A stretch of 26,181 nucleotides of DNA from a virus. Its lineage: Duplodnaviria > Caudoviricetes. The notes beneath the pieces were generated by a model. It was not told the origin of the DNA. It did not search any database and was given only the letters and a program-made list of their open reading frames with translations. Positions within the stretch are counted from its first letter, which is position 1. The number at the start of each line of letters is the position of its first letter. The stretch lies in the IMG/VR virus record IMGVR_UViG_3300020042_010737, positions 1-26,181 of that record. One strand, written 5' to 3'. Positions 7,934 to 15,797 of the stretch are shown here, piece after piece. Both the position numbers and the translations under genes were made by a program.

Positions 7934-10266
7934 TGCGGCGTCGCTCCACCAAGACCTGGCAGCGGCGGCAGACTATTGCGCCGCGCCCTTTCCTCTTCCT
8001 CGCGCTGCGTCACCGCCTGGAAGGCAGGCTGCACAAGCGGCGCCACAACCGGCGCGCTCTCTGGATGCACTGCAAGGTTCTGCGCCAGATCAATGAGCTG
8101 TAGGCGTTCACGGGCGATAGCTTCATCGGTCTTTGCTCCAACAGTCCGCTCTTCCAAGCCCGTCTGCACCTGGAACTTAGACACATCCAAGCCCATACGC
8201 TGCTCATGCATGGCCTGATTGGCCTGGAACTCTTGAACCTCCAGCGCCGTATCAGCCTGCATCTTCTGCGCCCGCGCCTGAGCCTCCATCGCCCTGGTGT
8301 CGGCTTCCTGCTTCTTAATCTGAAGCTCGGCCTTCGCCTTCTCCAGCTCAGGCGGCGCCTTACCCTGCGCTTCAGGCGACAGGAAGAATTGCTGAGGGTT
8401 GTTCCAACCAATGGCCTGCAAGGCCGCCGTATCAATCGCAATGGGGTCGTATAGCCCCGGCTGCGCCTGCTGAAGCTGCTTCAGCGCCATGATCTTCATC
8501 AAGCGCTGCGTGTGGCTGGCGGTGTTGGGATCGGCCTGCGGCACCAGCTCTGCATTGTCCAAGGCTTGCAGAAAGCGCTGCTCATCCCACGGATAAGCTT
8601 TCTTGCGCTTGCGCTGCCAGAAACTCTCAGGGTTCTCGCGGAAACACTCCGCCAGCAATTGGAATTCCTGCGCCTGGGCAGCGTGCATCCGCTTATGCAC
8701 GGAATTCAGAATCTTCTGCGCCTGCTCAATCATCGCCAGCGTGGTTCCGACAGGCGCGTCAGCGCGGCCCTCGCCGACCATCATCTCGCTCACGCCGCCA
8801 AGGCGCTGCCCAGTCTCAACGATGTTCTGCACCAAGGCCATCAAAGCCTGGCTTGGTTCCTTGTACGGCAGCGGCATGATTGCTTGCTGGATCGGCATCC
8901 CATTGGTTTTCACCAAGGCGCCGCCGCCAGGAGGCACACGGAAGATGTTCGTGTTCTGACGCGCACCGGCATCGGCAAACAGGAAGCCAGGGAAGTTGGC
9001 ATACATCCCTGCGTCAAGCAGCTCGCGCCATGCTGCGGTCACCGCATTGGTCGTGTTGCCCAGGATATGCAGCAGGCCAATGTCATAGAAGCCAAAGCCC
9101 GGCATGAAGGTGTACTTGACGAAATTGCTGCGGGTTTCAGGAAGCTCGGCAGTGTCTTCATCATAGTTACGCACCACCGAAAGTATCTTCTTTGACGATA
9201 CATCAATGGTCACGCGATACGGAATTTCCAGGCCAGTTTCTTTGCCCTTGTAAGTATGCTCGAAGCCCTGAATGTTTAGCTCGCAGTAGCACTCATAGAT
9301 TTCACGATCCCGATCATCGGGGTTCGAGACATCAGCAGATACGCCTTCCTGAGCCTTCTCCTCGCGCTGGAGGCTGTCAAGGCTGTGCTGGTTTGGTGTG
9401 CTGAGATCGGCGTCATCGTACACGCCCAGGATTTGCAGGCGCTTTACCACGCTTGGCTTTAAGAACGTGCGATGCGTGACACGCTTGGCGTTTTGCAAGT
9501 CCGTCGCGCCGTTGTTCACAATCAGATCGTCAGCATCAACCGTTTCGCTAACGGGCCTATTGCGCAGCGGGCAATAATACACCTTCTTAAACGCGGTGCC
9601 GCCAAAGCCAAGCATCAGCAGCATGCGGTCAGTGTCGGGATAATACTCGGTTGCCACAGACGTAAGGTAGTGGTTGAGATCGCGCTCCAGCGCGTTTGCA
9701 AGCTCGTCTTCTTCCAGGCTGGGGTCGTTGTCGTCGTTGCGGATTTTCACTGGCCCATCAACCGGCAGCAGCTCAGACCGCGCATTGGCTTGAAAGCGCA
9801 GCACGGCTTCCAGTAGCAGCGGATGCCGCACCTTGGACATGCCCTCAACCGGCGCACCGTCAGCGGCGCCAGCAAGGCTGGGAATTTCAATCTTTAGGCC
9901 AAGCAATTTCAGCCCAGTGGCGCGGTCTTCAATCCAATCGCTTCGGCTTTGAAGGTCGTCACGAATTCCACGCAGCAGGTCTTCACTGATCCTGCTCAAT
10001 TCCATTTGCGGAATTTGATCAACGAGACTGTCAAACCAGTTGGTTTCTTTCTTGCCGCCAGCAGGCTCCAAGGGCTGCCCGTCAATCCGCACCGTGATGC
10101 TGCCGTCTGGATGCTCAATAGACAGAATGTTTCCAGCGTCATCGGTCTGCGGCTGATCGGCAACCTCATCGGCCTCCATGATTACCACATCTTCACCGGG
10201 CGGCAGCTCAGGCGCCTCAGGGGCGGGCTCACGGATGGACGGGCTAAGGCCAGGGACGAGCGGCAT
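7930..10266 (-). CDS. Portal protein (P22-like/podoviral type)
   Basis: Directly follows TerL; ~780 aa. Motifs HPLLLEAVLRFQA, GTAFKKVYYCP, PGFGFYDIGLLH, LLDAG...N.P, APVGTTLA; C-terminal coiled coil. ATG at 10266 follows GAGAGGAAG. Confidence 0.9.
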   Translation of the reverse strand: MPLVPGLSPSIREPAPEAPELPPGEDVVIMEADEVADQPQTDDAGNILSIEHPDGSITVRIDGQPLEPAGGKKETNWFDSLVDQIPQMELSRISEDLLRGIRDDLQSRSDWIEDRATGLKLLGLKIEIPSLAGAADGAPVEGMSKVRHPLLLEAVLRFQANARSELLPVDGPVKIRNDDNDPSLEEDELANALERDLNHYLTSVATEYYPDTDRMLLMLGFGGTAFKKVYYCPLRNRPVSETVDADDLIVNNGATDLQNAKRVTHRTFLKPSVVKRLQILGVYDDADLSTPNQHSLDSLQREEKAQEGVSADVSNPDDRDREIYECYCELNIQGFEHTYKGKETGLEIPYRVTIDVSSKKILSVVRNYDEDTAELPETRSNFVKYTFMPGFGFYDIGLLHILGNTTNAVTAAWRELLDAGMYANFPGFLFADAGARQNTNIFRVPPGGGALVKTNGMPIQQAIMPLPYKEPSQALMALVQNIVETGQRLGGVSEMMVGEGRADAPVGTTLAMIEQAQKILNSVHKRMHAAQAQEFQLLAECFRENPESFWQRKRKKAYPWDEQRFLQALDNAELVPQADPNTASHTQRLMKIMALKQLQQAQPGLYDPIAIDTAALQAIGWNNPQQFFLSPEAQGKAPPELEKAKAELQIKKQEADTRAMEAQARAQKMQADTALEVQEFQANQAMHEQRMGLDVSKFQVQTGLEERTVGAKTDEAIARERLQLIDLAQNLAVHPESAPVVAPLVQPAFQAVTQREEEERARRNSLPPLPGLGGATPQ

Positions 10267-10284
10267 GATCACTTCCTCTCACGG

Positions 10285-10317
10285 GGTCATATTGCACATA
10301 TGACCACGCGGTCGCAA
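10285..10317 (-). promoter_or_regulatory. Candidate promoter with inverted repeat before the portal gene
   Basis: TTGCGA-N17-CAATAT on minus, overlapped by GGTCATAT-N5-ATATGACC (10285-10305). Confidence 0.35.
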
Positions 10318-10321
10318 CAGA

Positions 10322-11929
10322 TTAAGCGGGATATAGAGGCGCGGGGCCTGCGCCCTGGTGCTGCATACCCTCCTGCACGGCTGCGGTCCATTCAGGGCCA
10401 CGGGTCAGCAGGCCAAGGTCACGCATGTGGCGGATGGCCTGGGAGACCGTATCGACCAAGTCATCGTGCTTTCCCTTTGGGAAGGTGCCGACCTGGGTGA
10501 TCACCTGATCGGCCCATGATCGGTCGGGCGAGTACACCATGCCTTCGGCAAAAAGGTGCTGTACGGAATACAGCCTGGAGAGCTTGTCCTGCCCCTTTGG
10601 ATCAAGAAGCTGAACACCCCAATCCTCGTGGCCAAACAGACGGCGCAGCTCCTGAGATACGGAATGCCCGGCGGCCTTGTTTTCAATGATCAGCTTATCC
10701 ACCTTCATGCGGCGGCAGGTTTCGGCCACCTTCTCAACCAGGTCATGCAGCTCCAGGCGCTCCGCCCATGCGTTCATGAGCATCACGCGCGGGTGCTGCT
10801 GACTGTAGCTGCGCTCAATTCCGTCTTCGGTCTTGGCGGCCTGGGCCACCACATCGCCGCTGAACACGCCCCAGACAGTCATGGCGGAATAGTCGTTTTC
10901 GGTCTTGGTGGTGTACGCAGTGTCAAGGCTGGCCACGATATAGTCCATGGCCGGATAGGCATCCTCAGCCCAAAGCTGCCACCAGTCGCGCTTGATTACC
11001 CCGCCGCCCTTGGGTTCAGGGCGCTGCTGCAATTGCCCTGCGGAGGTCCATGGACCCATTTGCTTTTCAAGGCCAGCCACTTCAGGTTCGCCGAATCGCT
11101 CAGGCCACAGCAGCTCGCCCTGCTCGGCGCGCGGGTCTTTCCAGCCGATGCCGGTGACGAATGATCGGTCTGGTTCATACCGCATGGGCAGGCAGAGGTG
11201 CGTCCAGTGGTCGGCATCCTTGGAGAGGATATGGCCGGTCAGGTCTTCTTCGGAAAGGCGCTGCTGGATCACGATGAATGCGCCGGTTTTCGGATCATTT
11301 AGCCGGGTGGATAGCGCGCCATCCCACCACTCAATTGTGGCCGCAATGGTCGCCTCGCTAAATGCATCCTGGGCGCCGTTGGGGTCATCCACCACGATGA
11401 TCGAGCCCCCTTCGCCGGTCAGCGCGGAGCCCACGGAGGTGGAGAGGCGCGAGCCGCCTACGCTGTTATCAAAGCGGGTCTTGGTGTTCTGGTCACTGGT
11501 CAGATGGAAGCGGTCGCCCCACAGGCGCTGATACCATGGCGATTCGATCAGGCGGCGGCACTTCACGCTGTCGCGCAGTGACAGGCTTTGGGCGTAGGAG
11601 GCATGCAGGAATTGGACGCCAGGGCCGCTGGTAGGGCTGCGTTGGCGCTGCGCCCAGACCCACGCGGGGAAGGCCACGGAGGTCAGGGATGACTTGCTAC
11701 AGCGCGGCGGGATGTTGACCAGCAAGCGTCTAATCTCGCCGTCACAGACGGCTTGCAGATGCTCCGCCACTGCCTCGATCACCCAGCCAGGCGTAAATGG
11801 CGAGGGGTCAATGTACTGCCAGCCCGACATCAGAAAGTCGTACAGGCTCTCTTCGCACTCCACCCGGTCAAGCTCATTCAGGATGTCCTGGGCGCCGATG
11901 ACGCCGCCATTCAGCCGGATGAGGGACAC
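10322..11929 (-). CDS. terL: Terminase large subunit
   Basis: Walker A-like NIPPRCSKS, Walker B IIVVDDP, QQRP motif, nuclease motifs SLDTA and HDDLVD. Confidence 0.95.
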   Translation of the reverse strand: MSLIRLNGGVIGAQDILNELDRVECEESLYDFLMSGWQYIDPSPFTPGWVIEAVAEHLQAVCDGEIRRLLVNIPPRCSKSSLTSVAFPAWVWAQRQRSPTSGPGVQFLHASYAQSLSLRDSVKCRRLIESPWYQRLWGDRFHLTSDQNTKTRFDNSVGGSRLSTSVGSALTGEGGSIIVVDDPNGAQDAFSEATIAATIEWWDGALSTRLNDPKTGAFIVIQQRLSEEDLTGHILSKDADHWTHLCLPMRYEPDRSFVTGIGWKDPRAEQGELLWPERFGEPEVAGLEKQMGPWTSAGQLQQRPEPKGGGVIKRDWWQLWAEDAYPAMDYIVASLDTAYTTKTENDYSAMTVWGVFSGDVVAQAAKTEDGIERSYSQQHPRVMLMNAWAERLELHDLVEKVAETCRRMKVDKLIIENKAAGHSVSQELRRLFGHEDWGVQLLDPKGQDKLSRLYSVQHLFAEGMVYSPDRSWADQVITQVGTFPKGKHDDLVDTVSQAIRHMRDLGLLTRGPEWTAAVQEGMQHQGAGPAPLYPA

Positions 11930-11932
11930 AGA

Positions 11933-12493
11933 TCAGCCTTTGTCCAAAGCAGCCAGGGCTGCCGCGCGCAGGGCCTCGCGGGCTTCTGGGTCCAGATTTG
12001 AGGCGTCAATGGCCACCCGGCTTTCGGTCTGGATCGGGCCGCCGTCCTTGCCGGTCAGCTCAGTTGTACGGCGGTCGCCGTATTGCCTGGGGGCCATCTT
12101 CATGGCCCGCCACTGGGCCACGCTGATCTGAAGCTTCACTATTTCAATGTTGTCTCTGGTCGCACTGCGGGCTAATTTCTCAATCTCATCAACGAGATAG
12201 TCCGCGAGACCTTCTCTTGCCCGCGCGCACTTTGTACAAAAATCTGGGTCGCGCTCCATCCAGTTGTAGATGGTCACGCGCGACGGCATCCGCTCATCTT
12301 CAGCGATCCGCACCAAGCTTTCGCCGTTCAGCAGGCGGTCAATGATCTCTTTTGCGATTTCAGGCGTGTGAACGGTCGGCCTGCCAACAGGCTTCGGCTT
12401 GATTGGATTGCCGAGAGCGTCAACGCCTTTGCGCCGGTATTTGGATGCGGTCTCGGCTTCGGGTTGATTTTTCTTCGGGCGCGGCATGGCCAT
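11933..12493 (-). CDS. terS: Terminase small subunit
   Basis: Directly upstream of terL. GRPT...GESLVRI..DERMPSRVTIYNW HTH; APRQYGDR..ELTGKDGGPIQ tail typical of Sf6/P22-like TerS. Confidence 0.9.
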   Translation of the reverse strand: MAMPRPKKNQPEAETASKYRRKGVDALGNPIKPKPVGRPTVHTPEIAKEIIDRLLNGESLVRIAEDERMPSRVTIYNWMERDPDFCTKCARAREGLADYLVDEIEKLARSATRDNIEIVKLQISVAQWRAMKMAPRQYGDRRTTELTGKDGGPIQTESRVAIDASNLDPEAREALRAAALAALDKG

Positions 12494-12526
12494 TCCTATC
12501 TGAGAGGATAGGCTGCCATACCACGA

Positions 12527-12697
12527 TCATCGGGCTTTTGCCATCATTTGCAGCAGCGCTATTACCGGGCCGGGTATGGCGCGCGTTCCGGCGCACCAGT
12601 GCCGGACGGTGCGCGGGGCCACCATGGCCTGGCGCGCGAAGCCGGTCTGGGATAGCCCCAGATCGGCGAGGGCGGCGCGAAATTGGTCAGGGGTCAT
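12527..12697 (-). CDS. Small XRE/Cro-type HTH protein
   Basis: MTPDQFRAALADLGLSQTGFAR...RTVRHWCAGTRAIPGPV; ATGA-coupled to the upstream ORF. Confidence 0.8.
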   Translation of the reverse strand: MTPDQFRAALADLGLSQTGFARQAMVAPRTVRHWCAGTRAIPGPVIALLQMMAKAR

Positions 12698-12990
12698 GCG
12701 CGCCCCCAGCGCTTTTGGTAAGCTTTTTCTTCGCGCTGGGCTGCGCGCCATTCGGCGCGGATGACCCGCAAAAGGTCAGCGGCATCTTTTGCTTCAAGCG
12801 TATAGCCGCGAGTTGAGAGGCATCCGCAGACCTGTGTGCGATGCGCTCCGGTGATTTCGTAAATGTAGCCGCCATTTTCCGCGACCCAAAAACGGCGCGA
12901 GGCACGCTCGCCGGTGCATTCGTCATTATATTGCAGCACGACTTCGTTTGCGTCCTGCCGGATTACTGCGCGGGGTGATTGGATGTTCAT
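12694..12990 (-). CDS. Hypothetical protein (98 aa)
   Basis: ORF immediately downstream of promoter repeat copy 1; its stop overlaps the HTH gene start. Confidence 0.7.
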   Translation of the reverse strand: MNIQSPRAVIRQDANEVVLQYNDECTGERASRRFWVAENGGYIYEITGAHRTQVCGCLSTRGYTLEAKDAADLLRVIRAEWRAAQREEKAYQKRWGRA

Positions 12991-13007
12991 CTGTCTATCT
13001 TCCGTGC

Positions 13008-13084
13008 CAGCCGGGCTTGATTGCCCTTGCTGATGAACCTTAATAGGCCCATTGGTCCCGCATGGTCAAGCGTAAAAATGCGCG
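13008..13084 (-). promoter_or_regulatory. 77-bp promoter/operator/hairpin repeat, copy 1
   Basis: TTGACC-N18-TATTAA; spacer palindrome GGACCA-A-TGGGCC; leader hairpin CAGC-AA-GGGC-AATCAA-GCCC-G-GCTG. Confidence 0.8.
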
Positions 13085-13116
13085 CTTTGCGGGGAGGTTG
13101 TTCATGACGAGGCCAC

Positions 13117-13320
13117 TTATGCCGCGCACCAAACACGATAACCTTGCTGGCGCATGTAATCGTTAATATTGTTTTGAGTGCTGGTTTCTTTGCGGTGCTT
13201 GCTGTGAATTGTACCGTCAGGGCGAATTACAAACCACTTCCAACCTCGCAGCGCAAGTTCACTCATTTGAATGCGAGTTGCTTTTACGTTTTGCGCTATT
13301 TGAAAAACCTTGCTGGTCAT
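13117..13320 (-). CDS. Hypothetical protein (67 aa, MTSKVFQIAQNV...)
   Basis: Fills the space between the two 77-bp repeats; ATG at 13320 follows GAGAG. Confidence 0.65.
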   Translation of the reverse strand: MTSKVFQIAQNVKATRIQMSELALRGWKWFVIRPDGTIHSKHRKETSTQNNINDYMRQQGYRVWCAA

Positions 13321-13335
13321 CGGTTTATTCTCTCG

Positions 13336-13412
13336 CAGCCGGGCTTGATTGCCCTTGCTGATGAACTTTAATAGGCCCATTGGTCCCGCATGGTCAAGCG
13401 TAAAAATGCGCG
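13336..13412 (-). promoter_or_regulatory. 77-bp promoter/operator/hairpin repeat, copy 2
   Basis: Identical to 13008-13084 except one base (gaaccttaat vs gaactttaat). Confidence 0.8.
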
Positions 13413-13439
13413 TGATGCATTTTTATTTTGGGCGCTTTT

Positions 13440-13616
13440 TCACTGAGGCCGTTCATCCTCGACATGCAGATAGCTTTTGCGGTGGCGAATGCTCCAGATT
13501 ACCTTTTGAGCGACGCCATAATGCTTTGCCAGCACTGGCGCTTGGACTGGATTGCTGCGGATTTCCCGCACCTGCTCATCGCTCAGTTTGCGGGCGCGCT
13601 GAGGTGGGGCGCTCAT
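13440..13616 (-). CDS. Stand-alone HTH protein (58 aa) resembling the C-terminal DNA-binding domain of phage HNH endonucleases
   Basis: Hand translation MSAPPQRARKLSDEQVREIRSNPVQAPVLAKHYGVAQKVIWSIRHRKSYLHVEDERPQ; ATGA-coupled; below the ORF track cutoff. Confidence 0.7.
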   Translation of the reverse strand: MSAPPQRARKLSDEQVREIRSNPVQAPVLAKHYGVAQKVIWSIRHRKSYLHVEDERPQ

Positions 13617-13816
13617 GCTGCCCTATTTTTCTTCTCAAGCATCAGCTCCAACATGCGGATGACTGACACCGGCACGGGGGCCTGGGCGCCGATCCATCGG
13701 AATGCTGTGGCGCGGTGTACGCCTGCCATGACGGCAAAGTCTTCGGTGTGCAGGTCCAGCGCATCCAGCAATTGGACGAGATTTTTTGCGGTCGTGTCGA
13801 TCCTGGTGGTAATCAT
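13613..13816 (-). CDS. Small XRE-type HTH protein
   Basis: LDLHTEDFAVMAGVHRATAFRWIGAQAPVPVSV. Confidence 0.75.
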   Translation of the reverse strand: MITTRIDTTAKNLVQLLDALDLHTEDFAVMAGVHRATAFRWIGAQAPVPVSVIRMLELMLEKKNRAA

Positions 13817-13831
13817 TTTTCAAGATTCCTT

Positions 13832-13903
13832 TCAGGAAATCAAAAGCCAAAGCAATAGCGCAACGAAAAACCCGCTGATAAGAAAACTGTCGCGGGGGGT
13901 CAT
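13832..13903 (-). CDS. Small hydrophobic peptide (23 aa)
   Basis: MTPRDSFLISGFFVALLLWLLIS; ATGA overlap and GGAGG RBS; fills the operon gap. Confidence 0.55.
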   Translation of the reverse strand: MTPRDSFLISGFFVALLLWLLIS

Positions 13904-14244
13904 GCTGCCTCCCTCCAATACTTTGATCCTGTCGGCCAGTATGGCGCCCCTTCGAATTGCGCCAAACTCTGCAATTTGTTGGCCACTGCCAGCGCGGCGT
14001 GAACGGCTGGAGGAACCGATTTCATACTGCTCCAGCGCGGCGTCCTAAGCCCGGCATTGCGCAGCGCCATGACGCGCAGGCGGGCTGTTTCGTAAGCCTG
14101 TGCGCAGGCTGGGGTGGGCGCTCGGTCTATCAGGTAATAATCCAGAGCCTTGCCGCTCAGGGCATCATTCCAGCCCGCCCAGGCGAAGGGCACGCGGGGG
14201 TCACCCGCGAAGCCCAGACGGCGTGTTTTGTATGGGACGTTCAT
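13900..14244 (-). CDS. Hypothetical protein (114 aa)
   Basis: ORF in tight operon with AAGGA RBS. Confidence 0.7.
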   Translation of the reverse strand: MNVPYKTRRLGFAGDPRVPFAWAGWNDALSGKALDYYLIDRAPTPACAQAYETARLRVMALRNAGLRTPRWSSMKSVPPAVHAALAVANKLQSLAQFEGAPYWPTGSKYWREAA

Positions 14245-14255
14245 GGGTTTTATCC

Positions 14256-14531
14256 TTATTCCGCAGTCTTGGCTTTGGCGCGCACGGTGGTGACCACGCT
14301 CTTCTTGGTGCAGGCGGCGATTTGCTCGGCGGTCAGGTAGGACTGGGCCAGCTTGCCGTCAAAGGTGTTGCGCTCGGAGAGGTTGACCACAACGTCGGCG
14401 TATTCGCCGCAGATTTTTTCGTGGCCGGTGGCCACGATCTGGTCGCGCACGGCCTTCACTTCCGCTTCAAGCTCCTTCAGGCGCTCGTTCAACGTGTGGT
14501 AGCGGTCGGCGAGGGTGAGGTTATCAAGCAT
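14256..14531 (-). CDS. Hypothetical phage protein (MLDNLTLADRY...)
   Basis: ATG at 14531 preceded by GGAG; N-terminal coiled coil; strongly GC3-biased codons. Confidence 0.75.
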   Translation of the reverse strand: MLDNLTLADRYHTLNERLKELEAEVKAVRDQIVATGHEKICGEYADVVVNLSERNTFDGKLAQSYLTAEQIAACTKKSVVTTVRAKAKTAE

Positions 14532-14545
14532 CTTTTTAATCTCCA

Positions 14546-14596
14546 TCGGCATCAGCGCCGTGAAATGGTTATGGCAGGTGTCGCAGGGCGCGACAA
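14546..14596 (-). promoter_or_regulatory. Candidate promoter with GTCGC-N5-GCGAC operator and conserved leader
   Basis: TTGTCG-N17-CATAAC with upstream A-tract; palindrome at 14579-14595; leader shared with 23084-23100. Confidence 0.6.
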
Positions 14597-14631
14597 GCCA
14601 TAAAATGCATATTTCTGAATTTTTTTTTGGG

Positions 14632-14672
14632 GAAAAATCCCCCGGCGCTTCGGGGAGGTGATAGCGCCGGGG
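14632..14672 (-). terminator. Rho-independent terminator ending the replication operon
   Basis: Stem ccccggcgct / agcgccgggg followed on minus by ATTTTT; a second hairpin at ~14688-14714. Confidence 0.6.
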
Positions 14673-14722
14673 TAGTCGCTTTGGGAGGCCCTCTCCGTGA
14701 AAAATCGGGAGGGTGCCTTATC

Positions 14723-14959
14723 TTATCCGGCTTTCTTCTCTTCTCGCAATAGCTTCTCCACCATCTCGTCTTGCCGGTGGAGTTCCTGCTCTATTCTGGT
14801 GACTGCGATCATGGTTTTTTGATAGGCCAGGGTATCATTCCATTGGAGGTCTTGCTTCGCCCGATCTAGCAGATGGGGCAGGCGATACCGCAGGCTTTTT
14901 GGGCTGTTCATCACGCGGTCAATATACTCTGACGGCGTGTGTTTTATGTGCAGGCTCAC
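14723..14959 (-). CDS. Hypothetical protein
   Basis: GTG at 14959 overlaps the upstream stop (GTGA); helical, charged product. Confidence 0.6.
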   Translation of the reverse strand: MSLHIKHTPSEYIDRVMNSPKSLRYRLPHLLDRAKQDLQWNDTLAYQKTMIAVTRIEQELHRQDEMVEKLLREEKKAG

Positions 14960-15204
14960 GCGCTGCCCTCCGGTCGGGCGTACCACAGTGCGAAAATCTC
15001 AATGGCGGTCTGAGCGACTTTATCCCTGTGTTGCGCGGCCATCAGAAAATGATCATCAGGTGCGTTATCGGCCAGCCTGATAGCCAGGAATTCCTCGTCG
15101 CTGGGCTGGAAGGGGTGGAACAGTCTCACGATTCGCATGCCTATGGCCACAAATTCGTCTTCCGTCATAACTTCTGTAATGTTCATAACTTCTGTAATGT
15201 TCAT
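14956..15204 (-). CDS. Hypothetical protein with duplicated N-terminus (MNITEV x2)
   Basis: GGAG RBS before ATG 15204; 18-bp tandem repeat at 15165-15205. Confidence 0.65.
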   Translation of the reverse strand: MNITEVMNITEVMTEDEFVAIGMRIVRLFHPFQPSDEEFLAIRLADNAPDDHFLMAAQHRDKVAQTAIEIFALWYARPEGSA

Positions 15205-15217
15205 ATCAATCTCCATT

Positions 15218-15334
15218 TTATCCGCTGAATGCCAGCAGCAGGAGTATTCCCGCCGCAAGGCTACAAAAAAAACTGCACCCTATGATCAGCAGCAGGGCTA
15301 GAATGGCGCTGCCCCAGTCCGCGTGTTTACGCAT
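15218..15334 (-). CDS. Small membrane peptide (38 aa)
   Basis: Hand translation MRKHADWGSAILALLLIIGCSFFCSLAAGILLLLAFSG; AAGGA RBS; bridges ruvC and the next gene. Confidence 0.6.
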   Translation of the reverse strand: MRKHADWGSAILALLLIIGCSFFCSLAAGILLLLAFSG

Positions 15335-15797
15335 TTGCTTGTCCTTTCAGCGCCACCCACCGGGCCAGCAGCGCGGCTTCAGCCCTGCCGTCGTCTTTCA
15401 CGCGATCAAAATCCCGGCAGCCAGGCCAGAGGCGTTGGGCCATCTGCCGAGCTGCGCCTTTGTCGGCGGGAACGCCCGCTGCCCGCTTCCAGACTGAGGG
15501 GCGGTAGAATGATGTGGGCATGCGGAGACCCGCACAGACACCCGCCAAGATGCCTGCTGAATACCCAAAATTAAACATGCTGACGGCGCCGTTCCCTTTA
15601 AAAACGCCGACATCCTCAATCGCCACCATTTTTGCGTCGTCGTAGTCTTCAAGCAAAGCCACCAGCATCTGGGGGCTGACTTTCTTTTTGCCGTTGACCT
15701 CAACGGTGGGCATGTCGGCCACCCTGATCAGGTGGCCGTCGTTCTCCGAGACCCACGCAATGGCCCCGCTCAAGCCTGGGTCAATTCCCAAGATCAT
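15327..15797 (-). CDS. ruvC: RuvC-like Holliday junction resolvase
   Basis: MILGIDPGLSGA, IED, FNFG, PSVWK, DDGRAEAALLA. Confidence 0.9.
   Translation of the reverse strand: MILGIDPGLSGAIAWVSENDGHLIRVADMPTVEVNGKKKVSPQMLVALLEDYDDAKMVAIEDVGVFKGNGAVSMFNFGYSAGILAGVCAGLRMPTSFYRPSVWKRAAGVPADKGAARQMAQRLWPGCRDFDRVKDDGRAEAALLARWVALKGQANA

Noticed and set aside
8206-12131. Many long plus-strand ORFs opposite portal and terminase
   Set aside because: Typical antisense open frames of GC-rich coding DNA; no motifs or RBS.
13008-13412. 77-bp repeats as att sites or IS ends
   Set aside because: No integrase or transposase; the repeats have promoter anatomy and each precedes an ORF.
13428-14603. Plus-strand ORFs of 127-206 aa
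   Set aside because: Overlap a tightly coupled minus-strand operon with recognisable HTH genes.
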